Source: Pontiella sp. (GTDB lineage Bacteria > Verrucomicrobiota > Kiritimatiellia > Kiritimatiellales > Pontiellaceae). From it: a stretch of DNA of 64,000 nucleotides. The position numbers and the translations under genes are program-made. Position 1 is the stretch's first letter. The number at the start of each line of letters is the position of its first letter. The notes beneath the pieces were generated by a model, which searched no databases, was not told the DNA's origin, and saw only the letters and a program-made list of their open reading frames with translations. The DNA lies in NCBI GenBank assembly GCA_050290185.1, contig JBNKHE010000006.1, positions 192,001-256,000 of the forward strand. The letters run 5' to 3'. This document shows positions 20,503 to 29,893 of the stretch, piece after piece.

Positions 20503-22767
20503 TCAGGAGCTTTCGTGAACCGGAAGGAAAATCTTGAATTCGGCCCCCTCTCCCTCCTTGCTTTCCACATCGATCCATCCCTTGTGCTGCTCCACAATCC
20601 CATAGATGATTGCCAGACCAAGTCCGGTTCCTTTTCCGACCGGCTTGGTTGTAAAAAAAGGCTCGAACAAATGTGCCAGTACTTCCTCATCCATCCCGCT
20701 TCCGGTATCCGCAACCGATATGCAGACAAAACGTCCGGAGCGCTCGGCGGGCACCGGGCTTGAGCTCTCGTACGGGATATCTACATTCAGGGTACGCATC
20801 GAGATCACGCCGCCTTCCGGCATGGCATCGCGCGCATTGACTACCAGGTTCATCACCACCTGCTCAATCTGACTGCGGTCGGCATCGACCTGCCGGAGCT
20901 CGCCTTCCGGATTGAACTCCAGCCGCACTTGTTCACTCAGCAGGCGTTCAAGCATTTTCATTTCCTCTGCAATGATCCCGTTCAAGTCGACCGGCACAAG
21001 CATGGAAGATTGCTTCCGGCTGAAGGTCAGCAGCTGCTGGGTCAGGTCGCTTGCCCGTCTGGCAGCCTGCTGGATCTCGTAAACGTCCGCGTGCAGTTCT
21101 TCCGTCGTCTTGGGGCCCAGGAGCAAAACCGAACTGAAACCGAAGATGGTTTGCAGGATGTTGTTGAGGTCATGGGCCACCCCTCCGGCCAGCCGCCCCA
21201 CGGCATCCATCTTCTGCGACTGGCGAACCATCTCTTCGAGTGCGATCTCTTTCGTGATGTCGCGCTGGACCGCAATATAGTTGACGACGTCACCGGAAGC
21301 ATCCCTCACGGCCGAAATGGTTGCATCCACGGTATAGATTGTCCCGTCCTTTTTCTTGTTGTAGAATCGACCGGACCACCAGCCGTCGTTTAGCAGGCCA
21401 TCCCATAGCTTGCGATAGAATTCCTCATCGTGGCGGTCGCTTTTCCACAAGCGCGGATTCTTGCCAAGCACCTCCTCCCGGGTGTAGCCGGACATGTGCT
21501 CAAACGACGGGTTTACGTATAGAATGTCGCTTGCCGGATCGGTGATAATCACCGCTTCCACAATCTGGCTGATTGCTGCTGACATCCGCAGAAGCTCAAC
21601 CTCTGCCTTCTTTCGTTCGGTGATATCGCGCGCAACACCCTGAGTTGCCACCGGCACGCCCGAGACGGGATCATATCTCACGCGGGTCAAGGCCTCCTGC
21701 CACCTGCGCGAACCGTCTTTGCAGACGACCTCGAAGGTATGTACTCCCCCCGACCGCCCTCCTGCCGTGGCCTGCTGCAATCGTTCGCTGAGAGCACCAT
21801 GGTATTCAGGAGCAACGATTTCCTTAAGATTCATACGGCAAATCTCTTCGGGACGATATCCGCATGCCTTTTCCACGGCGGCGCTGGCAAAGGTGTAGTT
21901 ACCATCCAGATCCAGCGTGAAGACCATATCTTCCATGGTATCCAGAATATATTGAAGCTCCTCCTTGGCTTCCTTCATGGCATCGGTGGCTTTCCTGCGC
22001 CGGGTGACGTCGCGCTCCACCCCCATGACGCCAAACACCTGTCCGTCCGCATCTCGCAGGGGGCTCTTGATTGCCTCGAAATAGCCCACATAACCGTCGG
22101 CGGAAAACGTTAACTGCTCCTCGGTTTTCCAGGGACCGCCTTTTTCAAGGGCAAGGAGGTCGGTTTCCCGAAAAAGGTCGGCTTGTGCCCGGTCCACGAT
22201 GTCGACATCGCTTTTCCCGATTAAATCCATTTCGGACATTCCGCAAAACCGTTCGAAAGCGCTGTTACACCCGAGGTAGTTTCCGTCAAGGTCCTTCATG
22301 TAGATCAGGTCGGGAACCGTGTTGAACAAGGTGAGCAGACGCCGTTGGCTTTTGTCCAGCTCCCGCTGAGCCTGTCGCCGGGCCTGTTGTTCTGCGTATT
22401 CCCTGAGCGCACGCTCAACCACGGGAACCAACCGGGACAATTTATTCTTAAGCACATAATCGGTGGCTCCCGACCGGAGGCTTTCTATCGCAGCATCCTC
22501 CCCCAGGGTTCCCGACACCAGAATGAACGGAATATCCGTATTCCTTTCCCGAACCAGTTTGAGGGCCTCCAGTCCGGTGAACCCCGGAAGAGCATAATCC
22601 GAAAGTATCAGGTCGTATCCGCCCGCATCAAGATGGGACAAGAAGGCGGCGCGGGTATCCACCCGCGTCCACTCGCACTGGATTCCGGCCGTTTCCAAGC
22701 GACTGATTTCGAGCTCGGCATCAAGGGGCGCGTCTTCCAGAATCAGAATTTGAAGCTTGGTCTCCAT
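20503..22767 (-). CDS. hybrid kinase REC-PAS x3-HisKA-HATPase
   Basis: N-terminal receiver (ILEDA, LSDYALP), PAS/PAC domains, LAGGVAHDLNN, FEPFFTTK, GTGLGL. Confidence 0.93.
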   Translation of the reverse strand: METKLQILILEDAPLDAELEISRLETAGIQCEWTRVDTRAAFLSHLDAGGYDLILSDYALPGFTGLEALKLVRERNTDIPFILVSGTLGEDAAIESLRSGATDYVLKNKLSRLVPVVERALREYAEQQARRQAQRELDKSQRRLLTLFNTVPDLIYMKDLDGNYLGCNSAFERFCGMSEMDLIGKSDVDIVDRAQADLFRETDLLALEKGGPWKTEEQLTFSADGYVGYFEAIKSPLRDADGQVFGVMGVERDVTRRRKATDAMKEAKEELQYILDTMEDMVFTLDLDGNYTFASAAVEKACGYRPEEICRMNLKEIVAPEYHGALSERLQQATAGGRSGGVHTFEVVCKDGSRRWQEALTRVRYDPVSGVPVATQGVARDITERKKAEVELLRMSAAISQIVEAVIITDPASDILYVNPSFEHMSGYTREEVLGKNPRLWKSDRHDEEFYRKLWDGLLNDGWWSGRFYNKKKDGTIYTVDATISAVRDASGDVVNYIAVQRDITKEIALEEMVRQSQKMDAVGRLAGGVAHDLNNILQTIFGFSSVLLLGPKTTEELHADVYEIQQAARRASDLTQQLLTFSRKQSSMLVPVDLNGIIAEEMKMLERLLSEQVRLEFNPEGELRQVDADRSQIEQVVMNLVVNARDAMPEGGVISMRTLNVDIPYESSSPVPAERSGRFVCISVADTGSGMDEEVLAHLFEPFFTTKPVGKGTGLGLAIIYGIVEQHKGWIDVESKEGEGAEFKIFLPVHESS

Positions 22768-22806
22768 TTTTTCTCCTTGTCCCTTTCCGCGCCATGCCGG
22801 AAATCC

Positions 22807-23244
22807 TCATCCGCGTGAAGGAACCTCGTTGGTCAACACCCAAAACAGGCCCAGTTGCTTGACCACGTCAATAAACGAACTGAAAATAACCGGCTTGGTC
22901 ACATAGGCGTTTGCGCAGAGGTCGTAGCTCTTGATCATGTCCTCCTCCTCGCGGGAGGAAGTCAGGACCACGATGGGAATACGCTTGAGCTCGGGATCCC
23001 CCTTGACTTGGCGCAACACCTCCAAACCATCTATCTTCGGCATTTTAAGATCGAGAAAGACCACCTCCGGGAGCTCTTCGGGCCGCTCGGCAAAGTTTCC
23101 GCGCCGGAAGAGATAGTCCAGCGCCTCCTCGCCGTCGTGCACGACCACAACCTCGTTGGCCAGGTTTTTCTCCTCCAGCGCCACAAGCATCAGCTCAACA
23201 TCCTGCCGGGAATCGTCCACCACGAGAATCTTTTTCGCCTTCAT
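22807..23244 (-). CDS. single-domain response regulator (Rcp1-like)
   Basis: VVDDS, LDLKMP, LTSS, ANAYVTKP. Start MKAKK after GGAAGGAGAGGGAG. Confidence 0.92.
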   Translation of the reverse strand: MKAKKILVVDDSRQDVELMLVALEEKNLANEVVVVHDGEEALDYLFRRGNFAERPEELPEVVFLDLKMPKIDGLEVLRQVKGDPELKRIPIVVLTSSREEEDMIKSYDLCANAYVTKPVIFSSFIDVVKQLGLFWVLTNEVPSRG

Positions 23245-23334
23245 CTCCCTCTCCTTCCGGTTCAATCGAAACCCCCAATCGCTTGGCAAGTCCTTGTCCG
23301 TCCGGCGATCGCCAAGCCTCTCACCCCCGTTTCG

Positions 23335-23814
23335 CTACTCTATTTCAGACTCCAGCAATTCAACAATGTCATGGAAGACCTCGGCGTTCCGTGCATTCAT
23401 ATGGTACAGATTCCGATGCGCCTTGAGCAAAAGCGCCGAACCAGAGGTGGTTTTTTCCGTGATATCGTGCGGGACATCCTCAACCGCCTGTGGTTTCCCG
23501 GTAATGCTGAACACCTGATCGAACCCCATGCAATTCAGGATTTCGTTGACTTCCTTTTTGCACGAAAACAGTGGTGCGGGTTGCTTGAAGCGTTCCATGG
23601 AAAGCGACGCAATCCTCGCAAGCAGGCCAAGGTTGGTGCTGTCGAGATAGTCCGCCTCGGTGAGGTCCACGGCAATGCTGCGAACGTCGGAATCCGAAGC
23701 AATGCGCTCAATCAACCGGTCAAGCCCCTGGCTCATGGTATAACGCACCTGGCCCTGCATCTGGATGGTGTAGTGTCCGTCATGTTCCGCATACAGAATT
23801 CTACCCTCGCTCAT
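23335..23814 (-). CDS. STAS-domain anti-sigma antagonist (RssC-like)
   Basis: VDLTEADYLDSTNLGLLA; C-terminal AHRNL..N..F.DIV. Confidence 0.85.
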   Translation of the reverse strand: MSEGRILYAEHDGHYTIQMQGQVRYTMSQGLDRLIERIASDSDVRSIAVDLTEADYLDSTNLGLLARIASLSMERFKQPAPLFSCKKEVNEILNCMGFDQVFSITGKPQAVEDVPHDITEKTTSGSALLLKAHRNLYHMNARNAEVFHDIVELLESEIE

Positions 23815-24986
23815 GACAGCCCCCAGTCTCGTTCCACGGAGAGCACGGAAATATCGTCCGGAAGATCGTCGATTTCCCGGGCCCGCTCCAAGAAGGCCTG
23901 TACGGCCTCTTCCGAGCCCAGCGAAGCCAGGTATTGCATTTTTTTATCCAGCCCGTCCTGCTCAACCAGATCCAGTGCGCCATCCGAAAAAACCGTGAGC
24001 CGGAAGGAAGGCGGAAGCTCGATCCGGGCATTCTGGTATTCGGCAAAATCGAATAGGCCTACCGCCATGCTTTTCTCCTCAAGCAGCCGGGTGCCATCCG
24101 CAGTAGTGAGAACCGGATAGGGATAGTGGCCGCAACTGGAATAGATCAAGGTATTCTTGGTACGGTCCAGAACACCGAAAAACAGCGTCAAATGCTTATC
24201 GAGCCGCTCGCGTAGCAGTTCGGTGTTCAGCGTCTTCACCAATGCTGCCGGATCGAGCACGGTGTCATCCTTCTCGGAAACATAGTTGTCGCGGAACTTC
24301 ACCATGAAACTTTTGATCAGCACGGTAATCAGCGCGGAAGAAACCCCATGCCCGGCCACATCGGCGGAATAGAAGGCAACATGGTTGTCACCGATGCTGA
24401 AATAGTCCAGAAAATCGCCACTGAGGGTCATGGAAGGCAAGACGCTCTGCCGCATGGTGTAGGCGCCATATGGTTTTAACGGGGGCGGGAGCAGCCGGTT
24501 CTGGATCTTGCGCCCGGCCTCCTCGTCCTCATAAATTTCCTTCAGCTGGGACTCCAGCTTTTTCCGGAAGCGTTCGTTCTGTTTGATCAGCGTAGCGCGC
24601 TCCAGGTTCCTCTCCAAGGTATGGAAGAGGATCGAAGGTTCGTTGACCGGCTTGAGCAGGTAGTCCGAGGCCCCGAGACGGATCGCCTGAATGGCGTCGT
24701 CGATGCGCTCGGAACCGGAAACAACAATAACCGGCGTCGAGGTCTGCTTCTGCGAGATTTTGTCGAGCACCTCCAGGCCATCCATGCCCGGCATGCGCAA
24801 ATCGATCACGACGAGATCCGGATGATGCTCCCCAAACAACCGCAACCCCTCCGGCCCATCCGGAGCTTCGATCACCTCGTAATCCCCGTCATTGAGCAAG
24901 ACCTTCAGCAAATGCCTGTCATTTGCATCATCGTCGATGATCAGTACACGTTTTCTCTCTCCAACCATGACTTCAGCACCCTTCAT
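23811..24986 (-). CDS. REC plus SpoIIE/PP2C phosphatase (Pseudomonas RssB-like)
   Basis: Receiver domain followed by SGDFLD, ADVAGHG, FSDG, DDIS. Confidence 0.9.
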   Translation of the reverse strand: MKGAEVMVGERKRVLIIDDDANDRHLLKVLLNDGDYEVIEAPDGPEGLRLFGEHHPDLVVIDLRMPGMDGLEVLDKISQKQTSTPVIVVSGSERIDDAIQAIRLGASDYLLKPVNEPSILFHTLERNLERATLIKQNERFRKKLESQLKEIYEDEEAGRKIQNRLLPPPLKPYGAYTMRQSVLPSMTLSGDFLDYFSIGDNHVAFYSADVAGHGVSSALITVLIKSFMVKFRDNYVSEKDDTVLDPAALVKTLNTELLRERLDKHLTLFFGVLDRTKNTLIYSSCGHYPYPVLTTADGTRLLEEKSMAVGLFDFAEYQNARIELPPSFRLTVFSDGALDLVEQDGLDKKMQYLASLGSEEAVQAFLERAREIDDLPDDISVLSVERDWGLS

Positions 24987-25103
24987 ATAACGGTAAAAGT
25001 ATAATGTTGTCTATCAGGAGATGTCAATCATGCATGGTGAGCTCCACTGGGCAATAGCCATAAAGCTACGTTGATTTGCTCGCGCGGGTTTAGTTCAAAA
25101 ACC

Positions 25104-25163
25104 CGGTCTCTTGGATCAGGATTACCGTTCCATCTTCATTGACCATCTCGAAGGGGTTCCCCC
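25104..25163 (-). pseudogene. degenerate partial copy of the adjacent gene 25375-26088
   Basis: 40 of 48 nt match 25758-25805 by manual alignment; GNPFEMVNEDGTVILIQET versus GNPVMIDVVNEDGTVTQVQKT. Confidence 0.6.
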
Positions 25164-25305
25164 TGTCCGGCTTCATCATTCGTACGGTCGTCGAATGATA
25201 CCGTTTATGGCCCTCTCACCACCATGAAACCTGATGGAACGTACGGTACAGACGCAACCTTCTCCGATCTCGAAAACTTGGCCGTGCTTCACGGTGTTGC
25301 CATAG

Positions 25306-25333
25306 AAAAAGCGCGGCTGTTTCCAGTCCGCGC
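25306..25333 (-). terminator. putative intrinsic terminator
   Basis: GC stem gcgcgg(a)ctg / cagccgcgc followed by a T-run on the minus strand. Confidence 0.55.
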
Positions 25334-25374
25334 TATCCACACACAGGCTTATACCTGCGACTGAATTGTAAAAG

Positions 25375-26088
25375 CTACTTTATCTTTTCTGGCTTGGCCG
25401 GTTTCTCGGGCTTGGCCGGCTTTTCCGGTTTCGCAGGCTTTTCTGGCTTGGCCGGCTTTTCCGGTTTCTCCGGTTTCGTGGGTTTTTCCAGCTTGTCTGG
25501 ACGCGATGAATGGATTGCGCTCATGACATCTCCGACCTTGAGATCGTAAGATTGATAGATCTGCCCCCAGCCCATCTTGGCAGCACGCATATCAAGAATG
25601 CCTTTGCCTGTTTCGGCATCGAACAGAGCCTTTACGATATCCTCGTAAGAGGCCCCTTCGGGGAGCGTAGCTTGCGCCAATCCCAAGGCCAGCACCACGC
25701 CACCATATCCCAATTTCCCGGTCGTGTTTTCGACAACGATCGTTTGGTCCACGAGCTCGGTCTTTTGGACCTGGGTTACGGTTCCATCTTCATTGACGAC
25801 ATCGATCATAACAGGATTCCCCTCTTCGTCGACGACAGGGGTTTCAACCTGGATCACATAGCTTAACGAATCGCCCATGCGCAATGAATCAACCAGTGTT
25901 TTGGTATTCTCGCCGGCAAAATCCGTGAATTTTGCCTCGATCTTGGCGGGGGCCTTTCCTTCGCTACCGCTGAGGATCGTTTGTTCCGCGTCCTGCTCCA
26001 TGGCGGCATCATCTGCATAAATGGCCGGAATAAGCATCGCGAGAGCGGCCACACCTGTCAGTACTCGTGTATATGCCTTCGTAATCAT
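25375..26088 (-). CDS. secreted protein with C-terminal (KPEKPA)n tail
   Basis: Signal peptide, AGGAGG RBS, MGWGQI motif, low-complexity tail. Confidence 0.8.
   Translation of the reverse strand: MITKAYTRVLTGVAALAMLIPAIYADDAAMEQDAEQTILSGSEGKAPAKIEAKFTDFAGENTKTLVDSLRMGDSLSYVIQVETPVVDEEGNPVMIDVVNEDGTVTQVQKTELVDQTIVVENTTGKLGYGGVVLALGLAQATLPEGASYEDIVKALFDAETGKGILDMRAAKMGWGQIYQSYDLKVGDVMSAIHSSRPDKLEKPTKPEKPEKPAKPEKPAKPEKPAKPEKPAKPEKIK
25382..25490 (-). repeat. coding tandem repeat (9/18 bp units; KPE/KPA)
   Basis: KLEKPTKPEKPEKPAKPEKPAKPEKPAKPEKPAKPEK. Confidence 0.85.
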
Positions 26089-26101
26089 TACTACCTCCTG
26101 A

Positions 26102-26950
26102 TTAGGGTTTTAAGGTCAATTGAAGACCCCCTCCTATATCGGAGCTACCCCTGCTTAAACCGATATAAATATAGGGTGTTATGCTCAACAACCTGGTTGC
26201 TTTATAGTTCAAATAGGAAAAAATATCAAGCGGATCTTCCATGCCACCGATGGAGGCCTGCTGATAGTCCAGAGATGTCCCGATATGAATACTGCGCGAT
26301 TGTCGCCAATCGGCGCCGACCGAACAAGAGATGGAGTTATTTAAATCAACTCCTGGAGGATCGCCCCTCACTTTATAAGCCAAGGTCGCCATAGGGGTAA
26401 GCCGACCCAACGGATACATGTAATCGAACTGCAGCACTTCATCGAATTCCCCAGTGCCCAACCCCTTGTTTTCATCCGCCGTGGGTATTTTCAGCTTTCC
26501 AGTAACGTCGAGAAAGCCGAGTTCGTAAGGAAAGACATCAATCCCGTAGGTCATCGAGACCCATGTATCACCGATCCCGGATTCTCTTTGTGACACCCCC
26601 GCCACACCGCCATTAACCACCGTTCCGGGCCCATCGATGCTGATCCAGGAAACAGAAATCTGTCCGCTGTAACTGCCCTTTTCGTATCCCAGCCGGTATG
26701 GAACATACAGGATGGTGGTTTCTTCGTTATCGTTGTACTCACCGGAGCTGTAATCGAATCCGCTCGAATACTTAAACTGGCCATCTTCCGCGGCAACGGA
26801 TCCACAAAAAACGACCGGCAAAAGCAAAAACAGCAGCAGGCGAGAACGATAAAAACCGCTCCGGCTTTTTGACCAAAAAGAAACCACAAACCATGTGGTG
26901 GTTTTAAATATTGTTTTCACCAGGAAAAATATAGGCCGAATCAAGAACAT
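26102..26950 (-). CDS. putative outer-membrane beta-barrel protein
   Basis: Signal-like segment then alternating strands; GIGDT, KIPTADENKGLGTGE. The true start is probably downstream of 26950. Confidence 0.65.
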   Translation of the reverse strand: MFLIRPIFFLVKTIFKTTTWFVVSFWSKSRSGFYRSRLLLFLLLPVVFCGSVAAEDGQFKYSSGFDYSSGEYNDNEETTILYVPYRLGYEKGSYSGQISVSWISIDGPGTVVNGGVAGVSQRESGIGDTWVSMTYGIDVFPYELGFLDVTGKLKIPTADENKGLGTGEFDEVLQFDYMYPLGRLTPMATLAYKVRGDPPGVDLNNSISCSVGADWRQSRSIHIGTSLDYQQASIGGMEDPLDIFSYLNYKATRLLSITPYIYIGLSRGSSDIGGGLQLTLKP

Positions 26951-26960
26951 AGTCCGCTCC

Positions 26961-27998
26961 CTATGCAGTTCCGTTCTTCGGGCCGGCGAGCGCCTTGGTG
27001 GAAAGCAGGCCGCAGGCGGCGTAGATATCCTGTCCGCGCGAGGCGCGGATGGTGGTGAGCAGGCCTTTGTTGTTCAGCTCGTCCTTGAACCATTGCAAGG
27101 TTTTCTCGTCGGTTGCCTTCAGCGGGGTGCCGGGCACGGGATGGAAGCGGATGAGGTTAATGCGGCAGCGGATGCCGTTCAACAGGCGGCAAAGTTCCTT
27201 GACGTGCCGGGCCGTATCGTTGAGTCCGTGGAATACGATATATTCGAACGAGACGCGGCGCTGGCCGCCGAAATCCCATTTCCGGATCACGTCGATGACC
27301 TCTTCCAGCGGATAGGCGATCTGCACGGGCATCAGCTGCTGACGCTCCTCATGGAAGGGCGTGTGCATGCTGATGGCCAGGTGCGCTTCGCTTTCGTTGA
27401 GGAAGCGAACCAGCCCCGGCGTGATCCCGATGGAAGAAACGGTGATCCGGCGCGGACTCATGGCGAAGCCCCAGTCGGACGTGAGGATCTCAATGCTTTT
27501 GAGCACTTCGTCAAGATTGTCGAACGGCTCGCCCATGCCCATGTAGACAATGTTGGTGACTTCGTGACGCTCGGGAATGCTGCGGATCTGGTTGACGATG
27601 TCGCCGGCGGAAAGCTGCCCCTGAAAGCCCTGCTTTCCGGTCATGCAAAAGAGGCATCCCATCTTGCATCCGACCTGCGAGGAGACGCAGACGGTCCGGC
27701 GCTCCTTGAAGGGTATCATGGCGGTTTCGATAAAGTTTTCCGTCGCGGTCTCGAAGAGATATTTTTTGGTGCCGTCGACACTCTCCTGCACCTTGGCCGG
27801 CGCATGCAACCCGAAACAGTAGTGTTCCTCCAGCAGATCACGTGCTTTTTTCGACAGGTTGCTCATGTCGGCAATGGCGTCGATATCCTTGTGATACAGC
27901 CAATCAGCGAGTTGCTTGCCGGTAAACTTTGGAAGGCCGAGGCCGACGGCCAGCTCGGTGAGTTCGCTAAGTGTTTTTCCAAATAATGCGGGTTTCAT
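26961..27998 (-). CDS. rlmN: 23S rRNA/tRNA methyltransferase RlmN
   Basis: CVSSQVGCKMGCLFC, MGMGEP, RGQDIYAACGLL. Confidence 0.95.
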   Translation of the reverse strand: MKPALFGKTLSELTELAVGLGLPKFTGKQLADWLYHKDIDAIADMSNLSKKARDLLEEHYCFGLHAPAKVQESVDGTKKYLFETATENFIETAMIPFKERRTVCVSSQVGCKMGCLFCMTGKQGFQGQLSAGDIVNQIRSIPERHEVTNIVYMGMGEPFDNLDEVLKSIEILTSDWGFAMSPRRITVSSIGITPGLVRFLNESEAHLAISMHTPFHEERQQLMPVQIAYPLEEVIDVIRKWDFGGQRRVSFEYIVFHGLNDTARHVKELCRLLNGIRCRINLIRFHPVPGTPLKATDEKTLQWFKDELNNKGLLTTIRASRGQDIYAACGLLSTKALAGPKNGTA

Positions 27999-28035
27999 GA
28001 CGTTGACCTTGCGATGGTGCAGCGGCGGAATCGAG

Positions 28036-28671
28036 TTAAAAATAGATTTCGACAACAATGTTCGTGAAGGGAATCCCCTTGGAAATCAACAGGTCGCGCA
28101 CCTCGACGCACATGGTCGCCTGCCCGCAGATATAGTATTTCCGGTCCTTCGGCAGTTCGTGCAGTTCGAGGTACTGGTTGATGCGCCCGCGGGGAATGCC
28201 GTCGACGTCCTCTCCGGAGCAAAAGCGGTGATACTCTTCGCCCAGTGCGGCTTTCCACTCCTCGCTAAAATAGAATTGATTCGCATGTCGGACGCCGTGG
28301 AGCAGAATCTGGTTTTCGCCCATTCCGGAGCGAAGCATGCTGTAGAACGGCGCGATGCCGGTGCCGGTGGCAATCCAGACGGCGGGATCGGATGTCCCGA
28401 TAAAACTGCCTCCCGGCTCGGAAACCCACACCTCGTCACCCGGCTTGAGTTGGGCGAGCCGTGGCGTCAGCGCCCCGTTCTCCTTGATATTGAAGAGGAT
28501 CCGAAGCTCGTTTTCCTTGTTTCCGCTGCAAATACTGTAAATGCGCGGCGGCAAATCGTCGCCCAACCCGACCTTGACGGTCTGGCCGGGATTGAAGTCG
28601 TGCCGTCGTTCGACCGCCAGCCAAAAAACACCGGGTGCGATTTCATCGTTTCGTAGAATGATCTGCTTCAT
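28036..28671 (-). CDS. ferredoxin-NADP reductase-like FAD/NAD-binding oxidoreductase
   Basis: RIYSICS, ATGTGIAPF, YICG, C-terminal EIYF. Confidence 0.88.
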   Translation of the reverse strand: MKQIILRNDEIAPGVFWLAVERRHDFNPGQTVKVGLGDDLPPRIYSICSGNKENELRILFNIKENGALTPRLAQLKPGDEVWVSEPGGSFIGTSDPAVWIATGTGIAPFYSMLRSGMGENQILLHGVRHANQFYFSEEWKAALGEEYHRFCSGEDVDGIPRGRINQYLELHELPKDRKYYICGQATMCVEVRDLLISKGIPFTNIVVEIYF

Positions 28672-28802
28672 GAATTTATCGATATTCGTTCAGGGATTCG
28701 AAGGGGCAGACCATCGGGGTTTCGTCCCGTCCCCGTCAACCCCATTAGACCTGAAAAGGCCAACGGAAGATTTTACCTGACCGGTGGTATGGCGGTTTCA
28801 TT

Positions 28803-29807
28803 CTATCTGCTCGCGGCAACGTCCACCAGCACCCGCCGCGTCAACTGCGCCTTGAGCATTCCCGCAATCTTCTCTTCCAGACCATTGAGCCCAACCTCAT
28901 CGACCATTTCCTCCAGCCGGTCCGGCTTCCAGGCATTGGCCATTCGCTGCCAGGCCGCGGTCCGCCTGGTCATCGCGCATTCCGCCGAATCGATCCCGAT
29001 CAGGCGTACGCCACGCAGAATGAAGGGAAATACATTGACCGGCAGGTCCGATGAACCCACCAATCCGCAGCAGGTCACGACCCCGCCGTAATTCGTTGCC
29101 TTGATAGCTGCGGCGAGGGTTTCGCCGCCTACACAGTCGACCACGCCGGTCCAGCGCGGTTTCATCATTGGCCGTTCGCTTCCTTCGAGTACGCTGGCCC
29201 GCTCGATTACCTCAGTGGCGCCGAGCCCTTTCAGGTAATCGGTTTCCGAAAGCTTGCCCGTCGCAGCCGTCACCTGAAAGCCGGCCTTTGCCAGCATGGC
29301 CACCGCCAGACTTCCGACGCCGCCGGTCGCACCGGTGACCAGCACCGGCCCCTGCTCCGGGGTCAGACCGCTTTCAACCAGTTCCTGAACCGACAGCGCC
29401 GCGGTCAGGCCGGCGGTGCCCAGCATCATACTCTCCTTGATGCTCAAGCCTTCCGGCAAGGGGACGGCCCAAGCAGACGGAACCCGGATCATCTGCCCAA
29501 ACCCCCCATCGGTCTCCATTCCCAGATCATAGCTGGTAACAATCACCTTGTCTCCGGGCTGAAAGCGGTCGTCTTCGCACGAGACCACCACACCTGCGGC
29601 ATCGATCCCCGGCGTATGGGGAAAATTGCGGGTCACCCCCGGATTTCCGGTGGCGGACAGGGCATCCTTGAAGTTCAGCGATGAATAATGAACCTCAACC
29701 AGCAACTCGCCCGCGGGCAGTTCTTCCACGGTACGCGTAACGATTTCCCGGGTATACGTCTTCTTATCAACCTGCTTGACCTGCAGGGCCTTGAAATTCT
29801 GATTCAT
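28803..29807 (-). CDS. YhdH/YhfP (AcuI-like) MDR oxidoreductase
   Basis: YSSLNFKDAL, PGIDAAG, TGATGGVGS, PFILRGV. Confidence 0.92.
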   Translation of the reverse strand: MNQNFKALQVKQVDKKTYTREIVTRTVEELPAGELLVEVHYSSLNFKDALSATGNPGVTRNFPHTPGIDAAGVVVSCEDDRFQPGDKVIVTSYDLGMETDGGFGQMIRVPSAWAVPLPEGLSIKESMMLGTAGLTAALSVQELVESGLTPEQGPVLVTGATGGVGSLAVAMLAKAGFQVTAATGKLSETDYLKGLGATEVIERASVLEGSERPMMKPRWTGVVDCVGGETLAAAIKATNYGGVVTCCGLVGSSDLPVNVFPFILRGVRLIGIDSAECAMTRRTAAWQRMANAWKPDRLEEMVDEVGLNGLEEKIAGMLKAQLTRRVLVDVAASR

Positions 29808-29859
29808 ATCATCCCCTTTCCTTAGGATTTTCCATCGTAGCGTAAGCGGGGTATTATGT

Positions 29860-29880
29860 CTACGCAGCCGCGATGTTGAC
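29860..29880 (-). repeat. vestigial leuS 3'-end copy (VNIAAA*)
   Basis: 17 of 21 nt identical to 42537-42557. Confidence 0.4.
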
Positions 29881-29893
29881 TCGTGTTGCAGCC

